Part shown: piece after piece, positions 9,371-19,204 of the stretch
Layout: each line of letters opens with the position of its first letter
Numbering within the stretch: position 1 is the first letter of the stretch
Assembly (NCBI GenBank): GCA_044868695.1
Contig: JBIOWP010000053.1
Span: 1-64,000, forward strand
Source of the DNA: a bacterium
Lineage (GTDB): Bacteria; Sysuimicrobiota; Sysuimicrobiia; Sysuimicrobiales; Kaftiobacteriaceae
Length of the DNA: 64,000 bases
Reading direction: 5' to 3'
The notes under the pieces: generated by a model
What the model saw: only the letters and a program-made list of their open reading frames with translations
Told to the model about the DNA's origin: nothing
Databases searched by the model: none
Made by a program: the position numbers and the translations under genes

Positions 9371-10518
9371 CCGCCCGCACTCCGCAGGGGGCGGGCGTGA
9401 CGGCTCGCACCCTGCGGGTCGGGGTCCTGGGAGCCGGCGCGTGGGCACGGTCGGCCCATCTCCCCGGCTGGCGGCGCGACCCGCGGTGCGAGGTCACCGT
9501 GGTGTGCGACGTGATCCAGGATCGCGCCGGCGCCCTGGCCGCCGAATTCGGCATCTCGCGGGCCAGCGGCGACTGGCGCGCCGTCGTCGCCGACCGCTCG
9601 CTCGATGTGATCGACGTCGCCACCCCGTCCCATACCCACTTCGAGCTGGTCATGGCGGCGCTGGAAGCGGGCAAGCACGTCCTGTGCGAGAAGCCGGTCG
9701 CCTATGACTTCCGCGAGACCCAGCGCGCCGCCGACCTGGCCAGATCACGCGGGCTCTTGACTAAGATGGGGTTTACGTTTCGCTACAGCCCGGGCGTGCA
9801 GTACGCCAAATCACTGATTGACGAAGGGTTTGTGGGGCAGCCCTTCATCTTTAATGGATACGAACAGAACTCTCAATGGCTCAATCCGGCCACCCCGCTC
9901 CGGCAGGTCGACCATACCGCCGACCCGTCCATCCTGCAGACCTCCTCCCTGGAAGGGTACGGCGCCCCGATCATCGACATCGGGATGTGGTGGGTCGGGG
10001 CGCGCTACGCGCGAACCGCGGGGATCATGCGCAACTTCATCCCCCGCCGCATGGTGCGCGCGACAGGGACCATGATGCGGATGAACATCGACGATGGAGA
10101 CATCCACCTGGTGGAATACGCCAACGGCGCGATCGGATCAATCCAGACATCGTTCGTGACCGTCGGCAACTACCCCGGGGTCGAGGCGCGCCTGTATGGC
10201 AGCGCCGGGGCCATTATCTGCCGCCTCGTCGAGGAGGCCGGCGTCGCCGAAACCGTGCGTCTCGCCACCCCGGACGCGGTGGAATTCAAGGACGTGGAGA
10301 TCCCGCAGCGCTTCTATCCAACCGGGGGCCATCCCCGTGAGTCCTGGCGGTCGCTCTTCTACGCCAACCTGATCCGGGACTTCGCCGACGAGATCCTGGA
10401 CGGCTCGGGCCGCAATCAGGGCAACTTCGAGGACGGCGCCCGGGTGCAGGAAGCCATCAACGCGGTCGAACGTGCGCACCATCACGGGGGCTGGATCGCC
10501 CTGCCCCTGGATCGGTGA
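9367..10518 (+). CDS. Gfo/Idh/MocA family oxidoreductase
   Basis: VGVLGAG, GKHVLCEKP, GFTFRY. Confidence 0.9.
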   Translation: MTARTPQGAGVTARTLRVGVLGAGAWARSAHLPGWRRDPRCEVTVVCDVIQDRAGALAAEFGISRASGDWRAVVADRSLDVIDVATPSHTHFELVMAALEAGKHVLCEKPVAYDFRETQRAADLARSRGLLTKMGFTFRYSPGVQYAKSLIDEGFVGQPFIFNGYEQNSQWLNPATPLRQVDHTADPSILQTSSLEGYGAPIIDIGMWWVGARYARTAGIMRNFIPRRMVRATGTMMRMNIDDGDIHLVEYANGAIGSIQTSFVTVGNYPGVEARLYGSAGAIICRLVEEAGVAETVRLATPDAVEFKDVEIPQRFYPTGGHPRESWRSLFYANLIRDFADEILDGSGRNQGNFEDGARVQEAINAVERAHHHGGWIALPLDR

Positions 10519-10519
10519 C

Positions 10520-12214
10520 GTGGGGACACCCGGCGCGGCGGACCGCGCCCCGGTCCAGGACGCCCTTTCCGCATTCTTCGAGTGGTATTATCGGGCGTAT
10601 CCGGTCAACGCCACGTTTGTGGGCATCCACAACTACGACGATCGCCTGCCCGACAGTTCCCCGCAGGGGATCGAGGACAGGCTGGCTGCGATCGACGGGC
10701 TGCTGGTCCAGTTCCACCGCCTCGACGACACGTCGCTGAGCCAGCGTCAGGCCCTTGACCGCCGGCTGGCCGCCGGCGCCCTGGAGATCAAGCGCTGGGA
10801 GCATCAGTCCGATCACTTCTACCACAGCAACCCCTGCGTCTACACGGGCGAGGCGATTTTCGGGGTGCTGGCGCTGTTCCTGCGTACCTTCGCGCCGCTG
10901 CCCGAGCGCACCGACGCCGCCGTCGGGCGGATGTTGGCGATTCCCGCATTCCTGCAGCAGGCCGCGAGAACGCTGCGCCGCGCCCACCCGAGCTGGATCG
11001 AGCGCGCGCGGCGTGAGGTCACCGGCGCGGTGGCGTTCTTCGAGGGCGGCGTGGAGCGGCTCATCCGCGACGAAGGGGCGGCCCATCCGCGGCTGCGCGA
11101 GGCGGCGGAGGCAGCCGCGACGGCGTTCAAAGCATTTCAGGACTACCTGGACACCGATCTCTCCCGCAGGCGACCGGGGAGGGCTGCCTGCGGACGCGAG
11201 GCGCTGGATCTGCTCCTCCGGCAAGGGCACTTTCTCCCCGCGACGGCGGAGGAGATTGAAGCGTTGGGCGAGGCCCGTTTCGCCGCCGCGCAGGGCGAAC
11301 TCGAGTCGCGCGCCGGTGCGCTGGGGACCGCGTCCTGGCAGGACGCGCTGGCGCATCTGGCCGACCGGCACCCGCCCGCGGGGCGGTACTACGCGCGCTA
11401 TGCCGAGGTGTGGCAGGAGGCGCGCGAGGCGGCGCTGGCGCACCGGTTGGTCAGCTGGCCTGACTATCCGATCCGGTTCGTGCCCCAGCCGGTCTGGGCT
11501 CGAGAAGCGGCTCCGCACCTCTACTTTCTGCCGTATCGCGCGCCGGCCGCCTTCGACCCGACTGCCGAGGTCGAGTACCTGGTGGCGCCGGTAGAACCCG
11601 AGATGCCGCCCGCCGAGCAGGAGGGGCGCCTGCGGGGCGCGCACGAGAGCGCGATCAAGCTCAACCACGTCATCCACCACGGCGGGCTCGGCCACCACGT
11701 GCAAAACTGGTACGCGTATCATGCGGCTGCGTCGCAGATCGGACGGATGGCCGCCGTCGACTGCGCCAGCCGGATTGCCCTCTTCTGCGGCGGCACGATG
11801 GCCGAGGGCTGGGCCTGCTACGCGACCGACCTGATGGAGGAGATCGGTTTCCTGGACCCCTTCGATCAACTGGCGGCGTCCCACACGCGGCTCCGCCTGG
11901 CGGCGCGGGCCATCGTCGATGTGCGGCTGCACTGCGGACGGTGGACCATCGACGACGCCGCACGCTACTACCGCGACCAGGTCGGGATGTCCCCGCAGGC
12001 CGCAGCCGGCGAGGCGGTTAAGAACAGCATGTTTCCCGGGGCGGCGCTGATGTATCTGGTCGGGACCGAGCTTCTCCACGCCCTCAGGCGCGACCAAGCC
12101 GCCCGAGATCCGGGGTTCGAGGCGCGAGCGTTCCATGACCGGCTGCTGTCGTTCGGTTCGATCCCCGTCTCTCTTATCTACGAGGCGATGGCCGGCGCGC
12201 CGCCGCGCCTGTAG
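10520..12214 (+). CDS. DUF885 family protein
   Basis: PVNATFVGIHNYDDRLPD, GHHVQ, EGWACY, AIVDVRLH, FHDRLLSFGSIP. Confidence 0.85.
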   Translation: MGTPGAADRAPVQDALSAFFEWYYRAYPVNATFVGIHNYDDRLPDSSPQGIEDRLAAIDGLLVQFHRLDDTSLSQRQALDRRLAAGALEIKRWEHQSDHFYHSNPCVYTGEAIFGVLALFLRTFAPLPERTDAAVGRMLAIPAFLQQAARTLRRAHPSWIERARREVTGAVAFFEGGVERLIRDEGAAHPRLREAAEAAATAFKAFQDYLDTDLSRRRPGRAACGREALDLLLRQGHFLPATAEEIEALGEARFAAAQGELESRAGALGTASWQDALAHLADRHPPAGRYYARYAEVWQEAREAALAHRLVSWPDYPIRFVPQPVWAREAAPHLYFLPYRAPAAFDPTAEVEYLVAPVEPEMPPAEQEGRLRGAHESAIKLNHVIHHGGLGHHVQNWYAYHAAASQIGRMAAVDCASRIALFCGGTMAEGWACYATDLMEEIGFLDPFDQLAASHTRLRLAARAIVDVRLHCGRWTIDDAARYYRDQVGMSPQAAAGEAVKNSMFPGAALMYLVGTELLHALRRDQAARDPGFEARAFHDRLLSFGSIPVSLIYEAMAGAPPRL

Positions 12215-12287
12215 GTAGCGGGTCTGCCCACCCGCGCGGGCGGGTAGAGTCAGGGCAGAGAGACGTCACCCCCCTGAGGTGAGCGCC

Positions 12288-12530
12288 ATGAAGGGGCGCG
12301 AGCAGGCGACCGACCGTCACGGCGTGCCGCTGGCACCCGACCTGCCGGTCAGGGTCCCGGCCGACTCCGGCGACCTCGAAGCCCGGATCGTGCGCGTGAT
12401 CGGCGACTACGGCGTCGCCACCGTCGTGGTTGAGGCGAAGGCCGGGCGGACGGAACGCATGGTTCCGTGTGCCGAGATTGAGGTGCTCGCCGCCGGCACG
12501 GGCCGGCGAGAGCGGCGCAGCGTGGCCTAG
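12288..12530 (+). CDS. small hypothetical protein (SH3/KOW-like pattern)
   Basis: 80-aa ORF, DRHG..L...VRV pattern; fills the gap up to the convergent sigma gene. Confidence 0.5.
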   Translation: MKGREQATDRHGVPLAPDLPVRVPADSGDLEARIVRVIGDYGVATVVVEAKAGRTERMVPCAEIEVLAAGTGRRERRSVA

Positions 12531-12536
12531 CCCGCG

Positions 12537-13421
12537 CTACTCGGCGAAATCGCGCAGACGACCTGCGCGCTCACTCTGGCGGAGCTTGCGCAGCGCGCTT
12601 CGCTCAATCTGTCTGATGCGTTCCCGCGTGAGGCCGAACTCGCGCCCGACTTCCTGCAGCGTCTGAGGGCGCCCCCCGCCCAGGCCGAAGCGCAGCGCCA
12701 GCACCCGGCGCTCCCGTGGGGCGAGATCGTCCAGGGCCGTAGCGATCTGCCGTTTCAGCAGCGATGCGGCAGCCGCGTCGTCAGGGGATGGGACGCTCGT
12801 GTCTTCCAGGAGCTCTCCCAGAGCGCTCTCGCCCGATTCGCCGATCGGTGTATCCAGCGAGACCGGGTCGTGCATCGCCCGGAGAATCGCGCCGACCTCG
12901 TCGGCAGACAGCCGGGTCAGACGGGCGAGATCTTCCGGCGCCGGATCGCGTCCGTGCTCCTGCACGAGCCGGCGTGAGGCCGCTCTGATCTTCCCGTACT
13001 TCTCGGACACGTGGACGGGAACCCGGATGGTGCGCGCCTGCTCGGCAATGGCCCGGGTGACGGCCTGCCGGATCCACCACGTGGCGTAGGTGCTAAATTT
13101 GAACCCCCTCCGCCAGTCGAACTTCTCGACGGCCCGGATGAGCCCGCGGTTGCCCTCCTGTACGAGATCCAGCAGGTCGAGCCCCCGTCCGGTATGGCGC
13201 TTGGCCACCGACACCACGAGGCGCAGGTTGGCCTCGATGAGGCGGCGCCGGGCGTCCTGGTCGCCCGTTTCAGCCCGGCGGGCCAGATCGACCTCCTGCT
13301 CACGCGTGAGCAGGGGGATGCGGCCGATCTCCTTCAGATAGGCGCCGACGGCATCCGAAACGGCAGGCCGGGTGGGCTGCTGGCCCCCGGGTGTCACTGG
13401 TCCTCTCGTCTCCGCATCCAT
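12537..13421 (-). CDS. RpoD/RpoS-like sigma-70 factor lacking region 1.1
   Basis: [66 protein letters not shown]. Confidence 0.92.
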   Translation of the reverse strand: MDAETRGPVTPGGQQPTRPAVSDAVGAYLKEIGRIPLLTREQEVDLARRAETGDQDARRRLIEANLRLVVSVAKRHTGRGLDLLDLVQEGNRGLIRAVEKFDWRRGFKFSTYATWWIRQAVTRAIAEQARTIRVPVHVSEKYGKIRAASRRLVQEHGRDPAPEDLARLTRLSADEVGAILRAMHDPVSLDTPIGESGESALGELLEDTSVPSPDDAAAASLLKRQIATALDDLAPRERRVLALRFGLGGGRPQTLQEVGREFGLTRERIRQIERSALRKLRQSERAGRLRDFAE

Positions 13422-13564
13422 TCACTACACGCTCCGCAGGCCGATTGTCGACTGGGTCTGACCCCTACGGATAACGTCACCCGGGGTGGGGACATTCCCT
13501 CGGCACCAGGCGCCTGCCGACTTGTCCCAGACTACCGGGGGTACAGAGTGAGCGGGGGTGCTCG

Positions 13565-14086
13565 ATGCCGGACGGGGTGCTGGTGGTGATTGGTGTGGTC
13601 GTGGGCATGGCGGTGGGGTGGTTCTGGGCCTCGTCCCGTGCCCGCCCGGGGATGGCGAAAGAACTCGCCGAATCGAAGGTCCGCGGCGCGCGCGCGGCGG
13701 AGCAGGCCAAAGGCGAGGTGGCCGCCGAGCTGGACCGCAAGGAACGGGAGCTGGCCGAGGTCCGCGGCCAGCTCGAGCAGGATCGGCAGACCCTCGCCAA
13801 GATGCAGGCCGAGATGGAGCACGCGCTTGAGCAGAAAGTCCGGCTCATGGAACGCAGCGAGCAGCTGGGTGCGGAACTGCGGGCCGTTGTCGACGAAAGC
13901 TATCGCGACGTGGGGCAGTTCTACGAAATCGGCGCGTCCCTCGAGCACGCGGTTGAGGCGTACACCCATGCGGTGGAAGCGGTCGAGGCGCGGTTGCTTG
14001 CGGCCACGAAACGCCTGAAGGATCTCGCCGTGTCGATCAGGCCGTCGGTCGCCGCGTCAGAGCCCGAGGCATCAACAAAACAGTGA
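13565..14086 (+). CDS. membrane-anchored coiled-coil hypothetical protein
   Basis: N-terminal TM segment, then a heptad-rich E/A/L/R region. Confidence 0.65.
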   Translation: MPDGVLVVIGVVVGMAVGWFWASSRARPGMAKELAESKVRGARAAEQAKGEVAAELDRKERELAEVRGQLEQDRQTLAKMQAEMEHALEQKVRLMERSEQLGAELRAVVDESYRDVGQFYEIGASLEHAVEAYTHAVEAVEARLLAATKRLKDLAVSIRPSVAASEPEASTKQ

Positions 14087-14092
14087 CCCTCG

Positions 14093-15619
14093 CTAGAATT
14101 CACGCCGCGCGGCCCACCAGACCGACCAGTCAGTCCGGGTTTGGCCGGTGACGTGAGAGGCGTTGGCGACCTCAGCCCACGTGACGCTGATCTCCTGCTG
14201 GAAGCCGGTGGGGCGCGGCATCCACGCGTAGTGCAGGCGCCACGCCTGGGTGGTTTCGATCACGCCTGAAAGATACAGATTCGACCAGGCGTCGGTGGGA
14301 TCGGTGAAGGTCTGACCCAGCTGCCCTTCGCCCTTTCGCACGAGATCGAATCCCACACGCAGTATCGCACCCGCGCCGAGATCCCGCGCCAGCTCCGCCG
14401 TCCACAGCTCGCAGTCCGGTGCGCACCAGTGTCCCACGGCCCGGCCGTTGCGGACGTAGTTGTTCATCCCACCGGCGGTGGCGTAGATCCAATTCGTTGC
14501 CCGGGTGTGTTCTACGCGGAGGGTCGTGAGCCCGTTCCCAAGGAGATTCCCCACGAATACACCTGCGGTCGCCCCGCCCAGGGTAGGCAGCGCGGACCCT
14601 CCGGTGGACAGATCATCTACGTAACCTTCCCCGTACAGAGTGATCCCGCGGCTCACACGCCAGTCGAAGTCGAAACCGACGTTGTAGTTGTCGGCCAGTC
14701 CCATCTGCTGCTGGCGGACCCACAGGCCCAGCCCGTAGGTCAGGAACGGCAGCGGGTTCAGCAGGTACGGCGAGTAGACGTCGCCGGATGCCACCATCAC
14801 TTCGCTGAGCCCCAACCGCAGGCCGTCGGCGGCCAGCCAGTCCACCCGCATGCCGTAGAGGGTACGCTGATCGGGGAGGCTCAGCGGCGCCGCCAGCTTG
14901 ACGAGACGCAGCCGTTCCCATTCAGCGGAGACCCGCAGCGTCTCAATCGTCCCCGCGTTGTCGGAGATGAGGAAGGCCCCCCGGGAGCCCGGTCCCCACC
15001 AGTGCGTCATGGTGCCGGTCTGGACCAGGATGTCCGGTCCGCCTGCGCTCACATACACGCGGTCGACCAGCGGCGGCGCAGGCTCTGGCAGCAGGGGCTG
15101 CCGGACGGTTGCCCCCATCGTGAGCCACGGCCCCAGGCCGAAGGTCCCATCGATCTCGAAACGGAGCGTGCTGCCCTGCGGTGGGAGGAACCACGGCGGT
15201 GCCCCCGACTCGACCCGCCACACCAGCGCACGATTCAATCGCACACCCCACCCGGTAATGGCCATGGCCGACGGCCCCTGGGGCGGTTCGACGACGCGGT
15301 ACCCAAGCAGCGCGAGTTCATCGGAGAACTCCAGGACGAGACGCTCGAGGATGTTCACCCCGGCCTGGTCCGCAGCATTTCTGTCCGCACCGATCCGGTC
15401 CAGTGACCGCGCGATGATGCGAGACACTTCCAGACGGGTCAGCGGTCTGGTCGAGACCGCCCACAGGGGGGCGAGGCCGGCCGCCGCAAGCCGGTAGAGG
15501 TCAACATAGACGGGGCTGTCAGAGGGGATGATCTCGAGGGAGTGCGCCGATGCGCCCGGTGCGATCAGCGTCAGCGCGAGACAGGCGGCGGCCAGCACCC
15601 GCGGCCATGGACACCGCAT
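14093..15619 (-). CDS. capsule assembly Wzi family outer-membrane protein
   Basis: Signal peptide; HWWGPGSRGAFLISDNA motif; LYGEGYVDD; C-terminal Phe. Confidence 0.75.
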   Translation of the reverse strand: MRCPWPRVLAAACLALTLIAPGASAHSLEIIPSDSPVYVDLYRLAAAGLAPLWAVSTRPLTRLEVSRIIARSLDRIGADRNAADQAGVNILERLVLEFSDELALLGYRVVEPPQGPSAMAITGWGVRLNRALVWRVESGAPPWFLPPQGSTLRFEIDGTFGLGPWLTMGATVRQPLLPEPAPPLVDRVYVSAGGPDILVQTGTMTHWWGPGSRGAFLISDNAGTIETLRVSAEWERLRLVKLAAPLSLPDQRTLYGMRVDWLAADGLRLGLSEVMVASGDVYSPYLLNPLPFLTYGLGLWVRQQQMGLADNYNVGFDFDWRVSRGITLYGEGYVDDLSTGGSALPTLGGATAGVFVGNLLGNGLTTLRVEHTRATNWIYATAGGMNNYVRNGRAVGHWCAPDCELWTAELARDLGAGAILRVGFDLVRKGEGQLGQTFTDPTDAWSNLYLSGVIETTQAWRLHYAWMPRPTGFQQEISVTWAEVANASHVTGQTRTDWSVWWAARREF

Positions 15620-15636
15620 CTACCGGTCGGGCCCGA

Positions 15637-16581
15637 TCATCGCAGGGCGATGACGAGATCCGCGGTCACACCCAGCAGCAGCGCGACGTTTTCTATCGCC
15701 ACAGGATTCTCCGGGACATAGAGCACGTCGCCGCGCTGCAACGAGACGTCGCGAGAGACATCACCCTCACGAACGACCTTCCAGAGATCGACCGGGATGA
15801 CTCTAATGGCGGCGCTCTCGCGGGCAACAACCACCGTGTTCAGCGAGACAGTAGACGTCGGGGGCTGCGTTCGTTCGCGCCTGATGATCGAGGACCGATT
15901 CAGCATGGCCCGCCGGGTTGGGCCCCCGGCCAGCGTCAGGGCCTGGAGCGCGGTGAGCGACCCGCGGACCGGCAACACTCCCGGCCGCTCCACCTGCCCC
16001 AGGACGTAGATGCGGGCCGTGGCATCTTCGGGAACCACGACGGAATCTCCCGACAACAGGGGCAGATTGAGCGAGAGGTCACCGCGCAAGAGGAGCCGTT
16101 CGAGGTCGATCAGCACCGGCGGAGCCTGCCCGCGCAACAGCCGGACTTCTCCGAGGCCGGCGTCGGGCGCCAGCCCCTCCGCGGCGGCGAGCGCGTCGAG
16201 GATCGTGGCGCCCGGTGCCAGCGCCACCACCCCGGGCCGCCGCACCTGTCCGAGCACGGACACCCGCACCCGGTGGAATGTGCGCACGATGACGGCGACT
16301 TGCGGCTCCCGGACGAATGTCGAAAACAGCTGAGTCAGCCGCTGGCGGAGCTGTTCTGGGGTCAAGCCGGCTGCCCGCACGTCCCCCACCAGGGGAAGGG
16401 AGATCACTCCGTCCGGCCGTATGATAACGATACGGGAAATCTCCGGATTGCGGAAGACAACGATCTCGATCTCATCTTCACTTGCCAGGACATACGGCTC
16501 CTGGGCGACGGCCGGGGCTAATGGGGGGGTCATGAACATTGAGACCAGGACCAGGAACGCCAGGGTTGATCGCCAGGGCAC
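15637..16581 (-). CDS. polysaccharide export protein (Poly_export + SLBB, Wza-like)
   Basis: IRPDGVISLPLVGDVRAAGLT, VSVLGQVRRPG, LQRGDVLYVP; GGAGGG RBS before GTG at 16581. Confidence 0.88.
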   Translation of the reverse strand: MPWRSTLAFLVLVSMFMTPPLAPAVAQEPYVLASEDEIEIVVFRNPEISRIVIIRPDGVISLPLVGDVRAAGLTPEQLRQRLTQLFSTFVREPQVAVIVRTFHRVRVSVLGQVRRPGVVALAPGATILDALAAAEGLAPDAGLGEVRLLRGQAPPVLIDLERLLLRGDLSLNLPLLSGDSVVVPEDATARIYVLGQVERPGVLPVRGSLTALQALTLAGGPTRRAMLNRSSIIRRERTQPPTSTVSLNTVVVARESAAIRVIPVDLWKVVREGDVSRDVSLQRGDVLYVPENPVAIENVALLLGVTADLVIALR

Positions 16582-16610
16582 GGGTGCACCCTCCGCTGCG
16601 TACTGGTCAG

Positions 16611-16679
16611 AGGATAGGGACCATCCTCCCAGGGGAGGAATCAGGTAGAATCCGGATGCGTATCGGGGAAAATCCCCTA
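16611..16679 (-). promoter_or_regulatory. bipartite dyad promoter, site 1 (wza-wzi)
   Basis: Minus strand: TAGGGGATTTTCCCC-gatacgca-TCCGGATTCTACCTGATT-N22-TATCCT. Confidence 0.8.
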
Positions 16680-16718
16680 CGCCCCTACCAATCCTGGCTC
16701 CAAAGAGCCGCATGGATA

Positions 16719-16759
16719 TGGGGTATTTTCCGGTATCCGATTCAGGTCTTTACCTGATT
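16719..16759 (+). promoter_or_regulatory. bipartite dyad promoter, site 2 (rsbRST operon)
   Basis: TGGGGTATTTTCCGG-tatccgat-TCAGGTCTTTACCTGATT; -10 not clear. Confidence 0.75.
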
Positions 16760-16817
16760 CGGTTGGACACCGGTCGGTGAAATGTTATTGAAGAATCGCC
16801 GCCGAAGGAGGCCTGCC

Positions 16818-17735
16818 ATGCCTGATGCTGAAACGAGCGCGGTTGTGACCCCCGTGCCGCGAGATGAGTCCACGACGGCGCTGCTGCGAGAGCTCGTGGC
16901 GCACCTTCGCCAGAGCCGGACCCAGCCCCGTGAGGAGTGGGCCCGGCGCATTACTGAAGCGAAACTGCTGACCGCGATGAGCCCGGAAGAGGTGTTCGCC
17001 GAAGCCACGGCCGTGTACGACAACTACCTGGAAGCGCTGGAGACGGGGTCCATCGAGGCGCTGGAGACATACGCGAGAAACCTGTCGGAGCGGATCATCC
17101 CGCGGGGCGTCGAGACGCACGAGGTCGTGGGTATCGTCCTCCTGCTCCGCGACGTGCTGGCGCGGTCGCTGTTCGCGAAGTACCGCCGGGACTTTGACCA
17201 GTTGAACAGCATCCTCGACGCGTACGAGCCGGCGGCCAACCGGATCGCCATTACCGTGTCCGTCGGCTTTGTCCAAGAGCGCGAGCGCGTCATCCGCCAG
17301 CAGCAGGAAGCGATACGGGAACTGTCCACGCCGGTCCTGCCCGTGCGGGAACGCCTGCTGATCCTTCCAATTATTGGTATCATCGATCCACAGCGCGCGC
17401 GCCAGCTGACCGAACAGCTGCTGCGCGGCATTCGCGTGAACCGCGCGAAGGTCGTCGTGATGGACATCACGGGCGTCCCGGCGATGGATGCCACGGTCGC
17501 GAACCACCTGGTGCAGACGGTGGAAGCGGCACGGCTGCTGGGGGCCATCGTCATCGTGACGGGCCTCGCCCCGGAGATCGCGCAGACCCTCGTCAACATC
17601 GGCGTGGATCTCAGCAAGATCATCACCGTCGGCGACATGCAGGGCGGGATTGAGGAAGCCGAGCGGCTGTTGGGCTACAAGGTTATGCCGGTCGCCGTCC
17701 TTCCGGCCAACGAGGCTCCGGAGGCCACCAGCTAG
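16818..17735 (+). CDS. rsbR: stressosome scaffold RsbR (helical N-domain + STAS)
   Basis: QQEAIRELSTPVLPV...LPIIGIID, MDITGVPAMD; GAAGGAGG RBS. Confidence 0.9.
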   Translation: MPDAETSAVVTPVPRDESTTALLRELVAHLRQSRTQPREEWARRITEAKLLTAMSPEEVFAEATAVYDNYLEALETGSIEALETYARNLSERIIPRGVETHEVVGIVLLLRDVLARSLFAKYRRDFDQLNSILDAYEPAANRIAITVSVGFVQERERVIRQQQEAIRELSTPVLPVRERLLILPIIGIIDPQRARQLTEQLLRGIRVNRAKVVVMDITGVPAMDATVANHLVQTVEAARLLGAIVIVTGLAPEIAQTLVNIGVDLSKIITVGDMQGGIEEAERLLGYKVMPVAVLPANEAPEATS

Positions 17736-17749
17736 CGGAGGTTGTCCAA

Positions 17750-18136
17750 ATGCCCGTCCCCATCCTCAAACAGCGTGACTATCTCATCGCGAGCATCCAG
17801 GCCGCGCTCACCGATGAGGACCTCAAGCAGCTGCGCGACGCGCTCGTGGCGCAGGTCGGACAATTCCGCTCCCGCGGGGTCATCGTGGACGTGACCGCCC
17901 TCGACGTCATGGATTCCTTTGCCGTCCGGACGCTGCGCGACCTCGCGCACATGACGCGGCTGCGGGGGGCGGAAACGGTCATCGTGGGCATTCAGCCCGA
18001 GGTGGCCTTCGCGATGACGCAGTTAGGCCTGAAGCTTGAAGGGGTGGCCGCCGCCTTGGATCTGGAAGAGGGGCTGGCATATCTTGACCGTCGGGGCAAG
18101 CGAGCCGGAGTTCATGGGCCTCGGCCCATGAACTGA
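17750..18136 (+). CDS. rsbS: stressosome STAS protein RsbS
   Basis: MPVPILK, DVTALDVMDSF, VGIQPEVA, ALDLEEGL. Confidence 0.92.
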   Translation: MPVPILKQRDYLIASIQAALTDEDLKQLRDALVAQVGQFRSRGVIVDVTALDVMDSFAVRTLRDLAHMTRLRGAETVIVGIQPEVAFAMTQLGLKLEGVAAALDLEEGLAYLDRRGKRAGVHGPRPMN

Positions 18137-18141
18137 TCCCC

Positions 18142-18600
18142 GTGATCTTACGTCCCAGCGCGGATGGCGCGACACCCGTGACCGACGAAGGGCGCTCGGA
18201 CACCTGGCAGGTGGTCGTCCCGATCACATCGGATCTTGACATCGTGGCCGCCCGGCAGCGCGGGCGGGTGCTGGCGCTTGACCTCGGCTACTCCGCGACG
18301 GAAGCCACGCTGGTCGCCACCGCCATCTCGGAACTGGCCCGGAACATCGTGTTGTACGCCAAACGGGGTCAGATCGCCCTGACGAGCGCCAACGACGGCA
18401 GCCGGCGAGGGATCGTCATCGTCGCGCGCGACGACGGACCGGGGATCGCGGACGTGTCCCGGGTCACCGTGGGCGGGTACTCCACCTCGGGCGGTCTGGG
18501 CCTCGGATTGTCCGGCGTCCGGCGGTTGATGGACGAATTTGAGATTTCCAGCCAGGTGGGCAAGGGGACAACGGTGACGGTCAAGAGCTGGAAACGCTGA
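18142..18600 (+). CDS. rsbT: RsbT Ser/Thr switch kinase (start uncertain)
   Basis: ATAISELARNIVLYA, DDGPGI, GYSTSGGLGLGLSGVRRLMDEF. Confidence 0.92.
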   Translation: MILRPSADGATPVTDEGRSDTWQVVVPITSDLDIVAARQRGRVLALDLGYSATEATLVATAISELARNIVLYAKRGQIALTSANDGSRRGIVIVARDDGPGIADVSRVTVGGYSTSGGLGLGLSGVRRLMDEFEISSQVGKGTTVTVKSWKR

Positions 18601-18607
18601 GGGCGCC

Positions 18608-19204
18608 GTGATTGAGTGGGGCGCCGCGACGTTCACCCTCCGGGGGCAGGTCGAATCCGGCGACCGCCATGTGGTGGCGCCGTTCGGCCCCGGGGTCCTT
18701 GTGGCCGCCATCGACGGTCTGGGGCATGGCGATGGGGCGGCCGAGGCCGCTTCGCGTGCCGCGAACGTCCTGGAGGATGTGTCCGCCGAGTCGGTGATCG
18801 CCCTGGTCCGCCGCTGCCACGAGTCGCTGCGGCGGACGCGCGGAGTGGTGATGAGCCTCGCCTCGTTCCACGCGCCCGACGACACGATGACGTGGTTGGG
18901 CGTGGGCAACGTCGAGGGGCGACTGCTGCGCGCCGCCCGGGACTCGAATCCCCCACTTGAAACGCTCCTCCTCCGGGGCGGGGTGGTGGGGAACCAGCTC
19001 CCGCCGTTGCAGGCTGCCCTGCTGTCCGTCGCCCCGGGGGATGTGCTGGTGCTGGCGACGGACGGGGTCGCCCTGCCGCCGGTTCCCGAGGTCGGCCTCC
19101 ACGACCGCCCGCAATCGATCGCGGAGAGGATTCTCGGCCGGCAGAAGAAAGAAACCGATGACGCGCTGGTGCTGGTGGTGCGGTGGGTGGGTCTGCCACG
19201 ATGA
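18608..19204 (+). CDS. SpoIIE/PP2C phosphatase (RsbX-like)
   Basis: ESGD, IDGLGHG, GVGNVEG, LATDG, DDALVLV. Confidence 0.85.
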   Translation: MIEWGAATFTLRGQVESGDRHVVAPFGPGVLVAAIDGLGHGDGAAEAASRAANVLEDVSAESVIALVRRCHESLRRTRGVVMSLASFHAPDDTMTWLGVGNVEGRLLRAARDSNPPLETLLLRGGVVGNQLPPLQAALLSVAPGDVLVLATDGVALPPVPEVGLHDRPQSIAERILGRQKKETDDALVLVVRWVGLPR

